This document shows, piece by piece, positions 50,072 through 62,686 of a stretch of 64,000 nucleotides of DNA. The first letter of the stretch is position 1. The number at the start of each line of letters is the position of its first letter. A model generated the notes under the pieces. It made no database searches and had not been told where the DNA came from. It saw nothing but the letters and a program-made list of their open reading frames with translations. The stretch spans positions 4,340,001 through 4,404,000 of the forward strand of contig NC_087254.1 in assembly GCF_037042905.1 (NCBI RefSeq), given 5' to 3'. The stretch comes from Lytechinus pictus (Eukaryota). A program made the position numbers and the translations under genes.

Positions 50072-50697
50072 CTAAAGGTCAAGTCCACCTCAGAAAAATG
50101 TTGATTTGAATCAATAGAGAAAAATCAGACAAGCATAATGCTGAAAATTTCATCAAAATCAAATGTAAAATGGGAAAGTTATGACATTTTGAAGTTTTTA
50201 TAATGTTTCACAAAATAGTTATATTCACAATTTAGTCAAGTGCAAATGAGAGAATCGATGATGTATCTCACTCATTCCTCACTTATGGATCCGGCTGAGT
50301 ATCGTCGTAGAAGTATTTCTTTGTTTTGTATTGTTTGAATTATAGGCCTACAATATTTCAATTTTTACAGATTTGACAATAAGGACCAACTTGACTGAAC
50401 CATAAAATGTTAAACAATGGTGGAGGAATAAAACTTTGTTTCACAGGACAATGGGGAGAAAATTAGAATATTTCATATGATAAAATACAAAAAGAAATAG
50501 TGAGTGATGTCATCATTTGCCCATTTGCATATACCAACCGGTATGTTCATGTATTATGTTTTGTGAAATTAAGCGAAACTTTAAAATGTAATAACTTACT
50601 TATTTTACATCCGATTTTGATGAAATTTTCAGCGTTATGGTTGTTTGATTTTTCTCTTTTCAGTCAACTCAACTTTTTGTTGGAGTGGCTTTAACTT
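50072..50697. mobile_element. Kolobok-like non-autonomous element (sister copy at 54991-55586)
   Basis: TAAAGGTCAAGTCCACC start; long homology with 54991-55586 and 16370-16822. Confidence 0.65.
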
Positions 50698-51200
50698 AAT
50701 TAAGAGAAGGAATAACGTTGCCTTAATTGTAAGTTTAATGTTACTAGAGTTGGACAGTAAAATCATAATTAACGTTAGAATGAGAGAGAGGGAGAATCAG
50801 AAAGCTTCTCACCAAGGGTTAGTTCCTCTGATTTGTCAGTTGTTCCACTGAACTTCACTACGCAGCTACCATGGCTAGCCTAAAAGTACTGCGTGTTGCT
50901 AGTGCTAGCTGCGGTTAGCTATTTCTCGTATATTGGAGTATTGATAACCTTAAATTATTTTCAACTGTGTATCGTATTGCGGCTTCTGTCCCTTCTTCCG
51001 CTTGTGGTGTGTTGGCACCCAGTCAAAATTACTATTTTTGCCACTGCTTTGACTTGGAGCCTTCTTTGAGAGGATGAAAAGTTTCTTTCTTGTCTATACT
51101 ACTACAGTAGTCTTGTCTTGTAACATCAATTATCAAATTTATACTGCAGTCACGTTTCGCGCTCAATGCAGCTCAATGGTGGCTCAAAGTCACTACAAGG

Positions 51201-51210
51201 GGAAAGTCCC
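51201..51210 (-). promoter_or_regulatory. Canonical NF-kB site GGGACTTTCC
   Basis: Exact match on the minus strand, in non-repeat sequence between the 5' ends of two divergent genes. Confidence 0.45.
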
Positions 51211-51498
51211 GATAGTTAGTCTTTATTAGCAAAAAAAAACATCTCGATCTATCACTATCGTTTTTACTTTAATACTTTAGCACTTTTCTATTTTTATTTG
51301 AATATATTTGAGATATATTTCAATGACTTTTTGGAAGAATTTAAGGCAATACATTTGTAGCATGAAATATTTTCAAAATTCACACTTTACTCAAATTCCA
51401 ATAAAACTATCTTTGTACTGCACTGAAACTAGCACTACAGTCACGTGCAGGATCTAGAGCCGCTTGTTTATGTTTACGTTTACACGTACGTCCATTCA

Positions 51499-54253
51499 CG
51501 GCCGGTGTAGCGGCGGATTCGGTTCCACCGGCGGATACCGTATCCGCCGGCAGATATCGTTCTTAATGGCCGATATCGTTTTTAATCGGAACCATATCCG
51601 CCGGGTTTGACGCGGCTTGATGTTTGCAGATTTGGTTCCTCGGCGGATTTGGTTCTATTGACGATACGTGTAATATTTATTTGGACAGACGTCCAACCTC
51701 GGCAGTGCGCGCATGCGCGGCTCTGGCAATGTCGTTACCAATGGGGGGAGGGGATTTTCGTCCGCCTTTAGACTTTTAGTGAATTTTTATTCAGGGGCGG
51801 ATCCATACAGCTTTTGACGAAGGGCTCGATGGGGGTGAGGGAATAGGAGAAACAATGACTCGATATATCATGTATACATAGACCTGGCACATGCGCCAAA
51901 ACTTTGCTATTTATTATTATCAGATTTTGATGAAGTTTTCATCATTTTGTTTTGTAGGCCCTACGTGAAAATTTATACTACTTTAAGTCCGCAGTATGCA
52001 TCGAAATCTTTAACTGTGCTTTTTCACACCATGATTAGTGTAAGTTTGCCAGACTGGCGAAAATTTGTACCCCCATATAGGCCTATAGTTTTTATAAAAC
52101 TACAGATTTTCAACGAGTTAAAACTTCATAATTTCAAAATAAATGAGGCAAATTAGTTTATGTATATATATTGCTGTTAACTCATATTATTGCTTGTAGA
52201 GTGCTAATTTTTTTGTGAAAACATTTATGATTAATATCTTATGTAGTTTATTGTAGGCCTATTTTTAATTTGTTTTTTTTTAATTCCTTTTTTTTTCAAT
52301 ATTTTTGTTAAGGAATCTGAATTAAAGGGATGGTCCGGGCTGAAAATATTTATATCTTAATACATAGAGTAGAATTCACTGAGCAAAATGCAGAAAATTT
52401 CATCAAAATCGGATAACAAATAATAAAGTAATTGAAGTTTAAAGTTAAGCAATATTTTGTGAAAACAGTCATCATGAATATTCATTAGTTGGGCTGATGA
52501 TGTCACATCCCCATTTTCCGTTTTCTTATGTTATCACACAAAACCATATTTTTTTCATTTATTTCATACTTGTGTGAATAATATGTCTCCTTATAATGAA
52601 ATAAGTTGCAGCAATAAATATCTAATGCACTAAATCAGTTGTCAATCCAAATTTTCTAGTTCTTGGAGGAAAAAATTGGAATAAACCTAATTTCATATAA
52701 TAAATTACAAAAGAACAAGTGGAGATGTGACATCATCAGTCCACCTAATGGATATTCATTACGTAACAGGCGGGGGGGGGAGTTGCCCCCTGTCGGCTTT
52801 AACCAGGAATAAAAGAAAAACGGGAAATGAAAAAAAAGGAGGGAGAAAGAAAGGGAAAGGGGAATGAGGGGAAAAGGAAAGGAAAAAGTGAAAAGAAAAC
52901 GAAGAAAAAAACCCTTTTTAATAGAAAAGGAAGGAAAATCGGGAAATGAACATTTGAGAAAGAACAAATCATTCCAAAACAGGCATATGTAATGCAATAG
53001 CACGGTGGGAAATAAATTAAAAGATGACAAAATGGCAAACAATAGCGCGAAACGAAGGTAAAATGCAATTAGTCAAAAGCTAATTTTTGGAAAACAAAGA
53101 AAAGGGACAAGAAAAAAAAATAACACGACCGGGCTTCCGATGATTGAAATTAAAGAGCGGGAAGAAAGATGGACTGCATACAACATTGTGCTATAAGCTA
53201 GCCAAATTTTATGTAAATAAGCTACCGGGGCTTTGCCCCAGACCCCACACAGTAGGGGCTCTTCATTTATACTGAACCTCAAATTGCTCTATAACGCTTC
53301 CCGTTCACAATCACGTTCAATTACTGCACATGCGCCGGGGGGGGGGGGGGGGGGTCTTGGTTCCACACCCAAGAGAAATAAAATGAATTAAAGGAGACAA
53401 GGTATAATGAAATGAATGGAAACAATGAAATTTGTTAGTTGCTGAATCTAATGGAAAAATCAATTACATAATTAGAATTTAATTTCAAAAGGCATTTTTT
53501 CCAGCTCGATCGCTTTGCGACTTTTTACAGATTTTTCCCACATTACTATGTTTTGCCCCTCAAAATATTTGGTTCATTACGCAACTGGGTTGAATAAATG
53601 TGTTGTGTAAAAGTTATATCCTGTACATGCCCGCGATTTGATTAAAATAGCGGCAATCTGCGAGGTTTAAATGGCTTTGATATCAAGAAATTCCGGACCC
53701 CAACCGCACAGCACTGCGTATGGAAGGGTTGGGCTATGGTCCCAAAAAGTTCTACAAACAAGAACAAAAAGAAAGGAGGAAAGAAAAGCAAAGGAAAAGT
53801 GTAGAATATGATTTTATTTACTGAATATAATGCCAAAAAATAGCTCAAAGTTAGATTCTTCTTTGTGCAAACTTAATCTCTGATTAACGTCAGTCTGAGT
53901 CTGACTCTGTCCCTAATCATCAGAATAAAGGCAAAATGTTGAGGCTTTCCTCTTCAAGGCCTAATGTAACTAGAATCCGAAAGGTAGCTGGCTCTCAATT
54001 AGACTAAGGCTAACCCACCTCTTCTTCGAACTTCATTTCGCAACGTTATTCACGCGCGGTGCGCGTGCATGCATGACGTGTGAACGTGATGAATGAAGGA
54101 TATCGCGATAGCGCAAGAACGATATCTTCCGAATCTTCCGAAGGGAGTGGCCTTTTTTGGTACTGAATCCGCCGGAGGAGAACCATATCCGCCGGCGGAT
54201 TTGGTGCCTAGAACAGTATCTGCCAGGCGCAGGATCCGCCGGTACACCGGCCG
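51499..54253. mobile_element. Composite TIR element with GC-rich CCGCCGG/GGCGGAT subterminal motifs, filled with nested insertions
   Basis: TIR CGGCCGGTGTAGCGGCGGAT / ATCCGCCGGTACACCGGCCG; CA on both flanks; nested Kolobok-like (52322-52760) and poly-G elements. Confidence 0.65.
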
Positions 54254-54428
54254 CATGCCGGGTTAATTGAGGTTGTCATGTCGTAATGCCAGTCAGGATT
54301 TCAGCTCCAAGTTGTTCCAACTATTTGGTCTGCGTCTGAGTCTGGCTCGAACCGCCAAAAATTGTAACCCACAGCCAGAGTCTGCATAGACAAGTACGGT
54401 ACATCGACTTTTATTCCGATTCGTAATC

Positions 54429-54750
54429 ATGGTGTTACTGTTTCATCGTACTCAGTCTCCGACTTGGACATGGTTCCTTTGCCCCTGTCTAACATTAATG
54501 ATTTGGTTTGGACAAGCGGACAGTGGACTTTCCGCTGCCGCTGCTCCCGGCCTGGTTGTGGCAGAAGAATACGGTCATGATGGCGATGGGGTGCGAGTTG
54601 TAGCTGCTGGGCCTGGGAGGCAAATGTCTGATGACACTGCAGCTGAAGAAAGAGCGAATGCTAATGTTGCAATGCTGACTGACAAACGCCACTTATATCA
54701 TGCTGATGCATATGGTCAGGATTTTGAAAATAATTCACATAAAAAGGGAG
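54429..54750 (+). CDS. First coding exon of an unidentified secreted or membrane protein
   Basis: ATG in ATCATGG context, hydrophobic signal-peptide-like segment, GC-richer 107-codon frame, strong donor GGAG|GTGAGT (phase 1). No downstream exon found in the window. Confidence 0.65.
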
Positions 54751-57700
54751 GTGAGTAGACGAACAGAATAAAAAGACTACTATATTATCTACATGATCTA
54801 GATTAGAATTAGAATACTGTCTTCGACTTCGGTATATTCGGCGTATCTTATCTGAATGATACGCGCCTTAAAACCCAAGATAACAAAGATTTTATTTGTA
54901 AATGTAAATACTACAATACATATGCCGAGCGTAGGGCCTAGCTTTAGTTCAGACTAGGCCAAAGTCATTACAAATTAAAAATAAAATTGATTAAAGGTCA
55001 AGTCCACCCCAGAAAAATGTTTTGAATAAATTGAAAAAAAATCAAATATGACATTTTAAAGTTTCACTTTACCTTTAAGCCTTTAGACTCCTAATATTTT
55101 CACAAAACAGTGATATGAACAATAAGTGACATGCAAATGAGACATTCGATGGTGTCCTTCACTCAATGCTTGTTTTCTAGTGTTTGAATCGAACAATATT
55201 TCATTTTTTTACAGATTTGACAATAAGGTCAGGACCAACTTGCTTGAAACATATACTATTAAACAATGCCAATTCCATGTGTTTAGCTCAGGGAGGAATT
55301 GATTTACCTGACAAAGAGGAGAAAATTCGAATACCTGTATGTCTTATTTCATATAACAAAATACAAAAGAAATACATGTAGTACTAGTGGATGACACCAT
55401 CACTCTCCTCATTTGCATACCAACCAGGATGTGCACTGTTTTGTGAAACTAAGCAAAAAACTTAAAATCTCATAACTTTCTTATTTTACTGTTTGCACAT
55501 CCGATTTTGAAGAAAATTTTAGTGTTATGCTTGTTGGATTTTTCTATTTTTATTTAAATCAACTTTGTTGGGGTGGGCTTGTCTTGAGTTATTCAACATT
55601 GTCAAAGACAAGATCTAGTATAATTTTTTTTTTATTAGGGAAGTGGTATTGTAAAGTTTATGAGGGGTGATCCTATTGTTGGAGGGGGGGGGGGTGATCT
55701 ATTGTTTCCTAACCCAACCTCCCCCCCCCCTGCCCCATTGAATACCGGTAGTGTGACATCAGGATTTACGTCAGCATGTACCATGATATACCATTGGTTG
55801 TTCTGCTGTTCAACTAAGTGTACATTTACACCATCACTTGGCTTGGCCAATACCAACCTCGCACTAGTGTGAGTGGGCTTGGCCCGCTTACATGTATCGT
55901 GGTATAAACAAATATTTTTTAATGAATCCCCAGAAAAAAAGACGGTTATTCCTGTCAATGATAATAGGGAGTTGGGAGGTACTATCTGCTTTGAAGATTA
56001 TGTCAGACTTATTTCCCCCATGATTGATAAGCTATTAAACAAGCTGGTGACTACACTGTTCAAGGTTGAATACTTGTGGTCTTTTACATTACAATACTTG
56101 TAGCTGTACTTGACTTCACACCCAATTGATAGGAGAGAACAATAGAGACACATGTACTGTAGTTAAGTATTCATAATCCTATTCTGGCTTGATCACTCTG
56201 TTCTGATCCTTTTCTACTGGACATCCCATCATAAGAAAGGAACGCTGTCTCTCAGTCTCACTCTCTGTCTCTTTATTATAAGTAGGAGTGGGCTATAAAT
56301 GGGTGATTATTGGTTTTACTGTGGGAACAGTTTTTTTGTGTTCCTTTTACCTTATCTCAACATGAAATGACAATATTTTTTGTCTCGGGTCCGAGAAAAA
56401 AGTGTGCCGGGCCAAAATCCAAAATGGCCGCCAAACCCCCCCCCCAAATCACAGTTTTGGCCACAACTTTTTTATTTGGTGGTCAATTTCTCTGGTTTTG
56501 GTGTCTATTCATATGTTTTGGGGGGCAGGCAATTTGTTTTTCCTATAATAAGTACTTTTAAACCATTATTTGTAGAGTTAAAAGGTAATTATACCTGAAT
56601 TTTCCCATTTTTGTAGCCTTTTTTCAGCCAAAAAGTGGGTTTTATCATCCTGGGGTTCTGGGATATTAGATGGTACGAGGTCAACAATAGCAAGCAGCTT
56701 CATGTAACTATATTGCTTTTATTCCTCCACTTTGGGTTGTACGGATATTTGTGAAATATATCTTATCAAATAAAAGAAAATGTAATTTATCCATAGGGGC
56801 TATACGGTGTACAATGCACTGTAGATACTACACTGCATATATCCATGCATTGACCACCATGGCATATGACAAGGCCTGTATATAAACTATAGTGTCATAG
56901 AAATGAGCTTCAAAGGTTTAGAATTAGATTGTGAATTTGATTCCTTGTCAGCTGATGTACATGGTGAAACCAGCAACGTAAATTACACTTACATGTAAAT
57001 ATCACATACATATATATACGTACATCACATTTTTAGCCATATCTTCTTCATTTGGAGGTTTTTTTTTTTACCTGGTTCTGGTGTCTAACTGGCCTATGTT
57101 TATAGGGTCAGGTAACTACTAGTATCATGGTAACGCTGATCAACAGCCAATCAGAATAAAGGATTGCATGCAAGTTACCATTAAGTTAAGTTAACATAAT
57201 GGTAAATTTTTATGCAACGGGACCCAGAATAGCTACAGTGTAAGTTACCTCTCTCCGCCCCCTAAATTAGCATATTTGACAAAACATGTCCTCAATTTCT
57301 GAGACAAAACATAACTTCAATTTCTGAAGCATCTAATTCTAAACCTGAGAGCTCATTTCTATGACACTATAGTTTATACAAGCCTTGTTATCTGTCATGG
57401 TGGCCAATGCATTTATGCAGTGCAGTATGTACATGTATGTACAGTACATTGTACATACGGGGTCGGGACAACTCGGACCACGGGACATCTCGGACCGCGG
57501 GCCGAGTTGTCCCACCCATTACGATATTTTTCCCCCACAAATTTGCGTCTATTTTTCCGTCATTTCGAAATTTCTTGTAAAGATTTTCTAGAGATATGGT
57601 CTGATGGTAATGTTCTTCACTTTCTATTACTTTTTTTTCACTGAAATAAATAAAAAAGTGTAATTTTAGGCGTTTTTCGACAGCTCGCGATTCCCATAGG

Positions 57701-58149
57701 CGCGCGTGTATTAACTGTGTAGGTGCTCGGCTCGGCCCCGCTCAACAGCTGACTTGATTTTGTGATCATTTCTCCTCAAGTTACCACTTTTATCGCAGAA
57801 GATGGACTTTCTTGTATTCCATTAACTCCATTTTCTCATCAAAAGGATAAAATTTGGAGTATTTGCACGATTTTCTTAAAGTGTTTCACCTTTTCTCTCT
57901 GGTCGTAAGAAGCGGATAACCGATGAACGGTCCGCTGCTCTTCATCGCAATTCTACGTAGCTCGGCCGCCTAAAGTGGCGGGGTGGGATTCAGCCCGAAT
58001 CCCCGATGGAAGTGGGCGTGCACAGTCAAAGAGCTGAGCTTGACTGAGTGAGAGAGTGAACTACAGCTTGAAGCTTGGCAGTGTCGTATAGGCTCTGCCT
58101 TTTTTTGTGTAAATATATATATATTTTTTTATTTTTTCTATATTGATTT

Positions 58150-59830
58150 TCCCTGGTGTAGAGCTTTAAGATTGTAATAATTTAATATGCTTTAATTTCT
58201 TTGACTGAGTGTGACTGTGGTGTGGATGTTTGAGTCGCAGAAAAAATACTTTTACGTGGGTGGGGGCTCGGGGCGATTTCACTCCTGCCCCCGAAATGTG
58301 AAAAAATATTCGTGTTGTAAATGTGTTGGCATGCCGGGCTGAGGGTAGCCATCAATAAAAAAAATATATATTGGGGGCTTAATTTTTTAATCAAATTTAT
58401 TACTTTTAGGCCTTTATATATTTTTAAATATTTTTTTAAATATTTTTTTATATTGAGTTTAAGTTGCAATAATTAATATGCTTCAATTTCTTTGACTCTG
58501 AGTGTGACTGTGGTATGGATGTTTGAGTCGCACAAAATATACTTTAACGTGGGTGGGGGCTCGGGGCGATTTCACTCCTGCCCCCGAAATGTGAAAAATA
58601 TTTGCGGTGTAGCTGTGTTGGCATGCCGGGCTGAGGGTAGCCATCAATTATTTTTTTTTTTGGGGGGGGGGGGAGGGGGGCTTAATTTTTAATCAAATTG
58701 ATTATTTTTAGGCCTATTAATTTTTTTTAAACATTTTTTTTAAATTTTTTATATTGAGTTTCCCTGGTGTAGAGAGCTGAGTTTTAAGTTGCAATAATCA
58801 ATATGCTTCAATTTCTTTGACTCTTGAGTGTGACTGTGGTGTGGATTTTTGAGTTGCACAAAAAATACTTTTATGTGGGTGGGGCTTGGGGCGATTTCAC
58901 TCCTGCCCCCAAAATGTGAAAAATATTTGCGGTGTAGCTGTGTTGGCATGCCGGGCTGAGGGTAGCCATAAAAAAAAATTGGGGGGGGGGGGGCTTAATT
59001 TTTAATCAAATTGATTACTTTTAGGCCTTTATATTTTTTTATTTATTTTTAATTTTATTTTTTTATATCAAGTTAAAGTTGCAATAATTAATATGCTTCA
59101 ATTTCTTTGACTCTGAGTGTGACTGTGGTATGGATGTTTGAGTCGCACAAAATATACTTAAACGTGGGTGGGGGCTCGGGGCGATTTCACTCCTGCCCCC
59201 GAAATGTGAAAAAATATTTGGGGTGTACATGTAGCTGTGTGGGCATGCCGGGATGAGGGTAGCCATCAATAAAAAATGTTCATTTGGGGGCTTAATTTTT
59301 TATTAAATTAATTATTTTTAGGTCTATTTTTTATATCCTTTTTTTTATATACTGAGTTTCGCTGGTGTAGAGCTGAGATTTAAGTTGCAATAATTATGCT
59401 TCAATTTGGTGGCGTACGCAGGGGGTGGTTACAGGCGTTCAATCACCCTAAAAAAAATGTTATACCCATTCCCCGGCCCCCCTAATTTTTTTTTTTTGGG
59501 GGGGGGTTTGTTTGTTTGTCAATTTTTTGGGAGGAAACGACCTAAAATTGGTGGTAAAGAACTTTATTTTCTTTTGTTGATCAACATTTCATTCAGCTTG
59601 AACCCCCATCCCTTTTAAAAAATCCTGCGTATGCTACTGCTTCAATTTCTTTGACTTTGTGGTGTGGAAATTTGAGTCACGGAAAAAATACTTATGTGGG
59701 GCTCGGAGCATTTTCACTCCTGCCCCCGAAATGTAAAAATGTTCTAGGTGTATCTGTGTGGGCATGCCAGGCTGAGGGTAGCCATCAATAAAAAAATGTT
59801 TTATTTGGGGGCTTAATTTTTAATTAAATT
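58150..59830. repeat. Tandem array of five ~300-bp units; the fifth is interrupted by a hAT-like MITE (59407-59639)
   Basis: Units share TTTCACTCCTGCCCCC.AAATGT and GGCATGCCGGGCTGAGGGTAGCCAT; the MITE has 8-bp TSD CTTCAATT. Confidence 0.9.
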
Positions 59831-60664
59831 AATTATTACTTATTTTTATTTTTTACAGGATTTAAAATAAATTGATGTAATTCATTGTGCCATTCCTTGT
59901 TTTTCCCTGATTTACTTTCTTTAATTTTATTTCTTGGTAAGGGTGGATGTCAGGCTGCCAGGGTGGAATTCAGCCGGAATTGCCAATGGAAGTGGATGTA
60001 CTTGCACAGTCGTGAGCTTGGAGACTGAAGCCTTGCCCTGCAGTTGTGAATATTTTTTTCAATCAAGTTTTAGGGCCACTCGGTCTTATTCCCATTTGAA
60101 ATATAATCAAGGGCGGATCCAAAATTTCCCTATAGGGCCGGAGGGCATTTTGTATAGGAATTTTTTGACAAAAGGTCTTCACTACCAAATCGTAATTTTT
60201 TCCCAGGAAAAATTTGACAAGCAGTTGCCTTTTGTGTACCTCTCAGGGGGGAGGGGGGGGGGTGGAATGTGCCCACCCCCCCCCCCGATTTGCCACTGGA
60301 ACTAATGTCCATTTCATTTAGTTTGTAATTTTTTACAGAGGAAAGAATGGTTAGAAGTTTTGTGTTTTGTATTTTTACCAATTATTGTTTATTCAATATA
60401 AAATGTATTTAATTTAGTATTGTTCCAAAATGCATCACTTAATCACTTAATTAACTTGTTTAAATTTTAAATGTAAACCTGAATAAAAATGAATTGTGAA
60501 CTTTGAATAAATATACATGTATATGTTATATTCTGTAAATTGTAATATTTTATCTCCATTCTTATATTATCATTGTCTCCCTTTCTCATTATGTTCATCA
60601 CTCTCATTTCAATTACATTTATATTCTATTACTGGTATAAAAAAGACAACAATACTAAACACTG

Positions 60665-61255
60665 ATTCAATTCAATTCAATTAAATTTTATTTTTCCACA
60701 TATTGAGTAAAAACATGCAATATCATTACAATCGAATACATACAATACATAAATAATAAACAATACAAATATAAAAAGTTACAATATATTACTTAAAAAA
60801 GACATAGAAAATCAAAATGTGGAGGGGATTGACAAAGGCCATATTGATCTATCAAGGTCAATCCCCAATTAAAGAAATAAATGGAATACATAAATTACAT
60901 ATGGAAAAAAAAAAGAGATACTAGACCTCAAAACCCCAGACAAAGCAAGAGAAAGTAAAATACGAATAAAGGGGAGGGAGAGGCAAATATAAAACTACCT
61001 TAAGGAGTAAGCAGGTAAAATTTATATTTCCGTTTGAAAGACAGGAGTGTGGGGGAATGTTTGAGTTCATTTGATAAAGAATTCCAAAGTTTGGGTCCGA
61101 CATATTGAATAGTGTTTCGTGAGAATGTGTATTTGAAATTTGGAATAAAGAGGTCATTCGCTTGTCTGGTTAGACGACCAGTAAGTGATTTATTTTGTAC
61201 AAAACATTTATTAAGAAAGTTTGGCAAGAGATTATTGTAATAAGAATACATAAAA
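60665..61255 (-). mobile_element. 5'-truncated L2/Crack-type LINE
   Basis: ORF2 C-terminus FMYSY...TRQANDLFIP...GPKLWNSL...SFKRKYK; AATAAA and (TTGAA)n tail. Confidence 0.85.
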
Positions 61256-62686
61256 CTATTTCACGCAACATTGGTATAATTAACAAGCTTAAATTTTGTT
61301 TACCATTATCGTCCCTGCTTACATTATATTCATCCCTTATATTGCCTTATTTAAATTATGGAATTTTAGCGTGGGGTAACACACAACAAACACTCTTAGA
61401 CAAATTACTCCTATTACAAAAGAAGTCTCTACGTATTATATGTCACACGGCATATTTGTCTCATACTGACCCATTATTTTTTTAACATAGAATATTGAAA
61501 ATTAAGGACTTATATTTGTTTAATCTCGGTCAATTTATGTATAACTATAACAACAACAACCTCCCAAATGTATTCAATTCAATGTTTCCAAAAAATCAAT
61601 CCATTCACAACTATCCAACAAGGCGATTGGGTGAATTTCATTTACCACTTTTAAGAACTTTGCGGGCTCAGAACACATTTATATACGATGGACCGAAGTT
61701 ATGGAACTCACTTCATAATGATATAACAAATGCAAAATCTTTGAACTCTTTTAAGACTAAATTCAAATTATCTCTATTAAAACCTTATAATATACTCCCA
61801 AATTAATTTTAATTCATCATTTCTGTCAAGTCATCATCATTATTATGTCAAGTCATCATCATTATTACTTTAAACTAAAATTAAAACATAAAATTATTAT
61901 CCTTTTTTTATTAAAAAAATCTGACACAAGTCCTTCTCAGATGTGCTCATTATTGTGTCTATCCTCTCCTCTATTTTCTCCTCTCCAGTCCGCTTATCCG
62001 CCTTCCTACCGGTTATTTGTTTAACGGCATCAATCACATTTTTCGTGCATTATATTCTTTCCAGGTTATTTTATATATTTTTTCTCCTCTTATACACATC
62101 ATTGAATCCAGTTTGCTTGAGTCCACGACGGCATGTGTTCTATCTACGTACAGCAGCACCCATCCATCTTCTCAGGGCATTCTCCCCCTTTTTCCCTTTT
62201 TTTTTTTTTCTTCTCAAGTTTTTCTGGGGGGGGGGGGGGTGGGAAGGGTAGATATTTTTAGGACGGGTTGTTTTGTCCTTCACCAAACTGTATATTTTTT
62301 ATTACTTTGTATTTATTTTGTGAGTATTTCCCTCTCATTTATTCATTCTTTTCTCATTTGATTATCTGTATTTATACTTTGTCATTTTGTTATTTGTTGT
62401 GTTATCTATTTCTTGAGGGGCCCACATTGTACAAGCATTGCTTTTTAGTGGGTCCCTCCATTTCCATCTTAATTTAATTTATATTGAAAAATAGTATATA
62501 TATTTAAAACCTACAATGTGTTGCCCAAATCGTCTAAGTGTTTTTTTTTTTTTTTTTTTTTTTTCACTACATATGTATAATTAATTTTGTTTGCAACGGA
62601 TACAAATATTTATGTTTTATATAGTATACAATTTGTTTTTGTTTGATGGAAGTGAAATAAATGAATTTGAAATTTGAAATTTGAAA
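61246..62686 (+). mobile_element. 5'-truncated L2/Crack-type LINE, second family
   Basis: KTISRNIGI...LYSSLILPYLNYG..AWG...LQKK...HTDPLF, then a frameshift at a T-run, then ...GPKLWNSL...FKTKFK; (TTTGAAA)n tail. Confidence 0.85.

Noticed and set aside
55873-56103. Candidate exon 2 of the + strand gene
   Set aside because: Phase-1 splicing at the available AG meets a stop within about 20 codons, and there is no good donor.
61470-61500. Programmed frameshift in LINE ORF2
   Set aside because: One-base indel in a T homopolymer of a truncated dead copy; decay or sequencing error.
19079-62245. Numerous poly-G/poly-C runs as a functional G-quadruplex system
   Set aside because: Most lie within recognisable MITE families, so they are explained as TE sequence.
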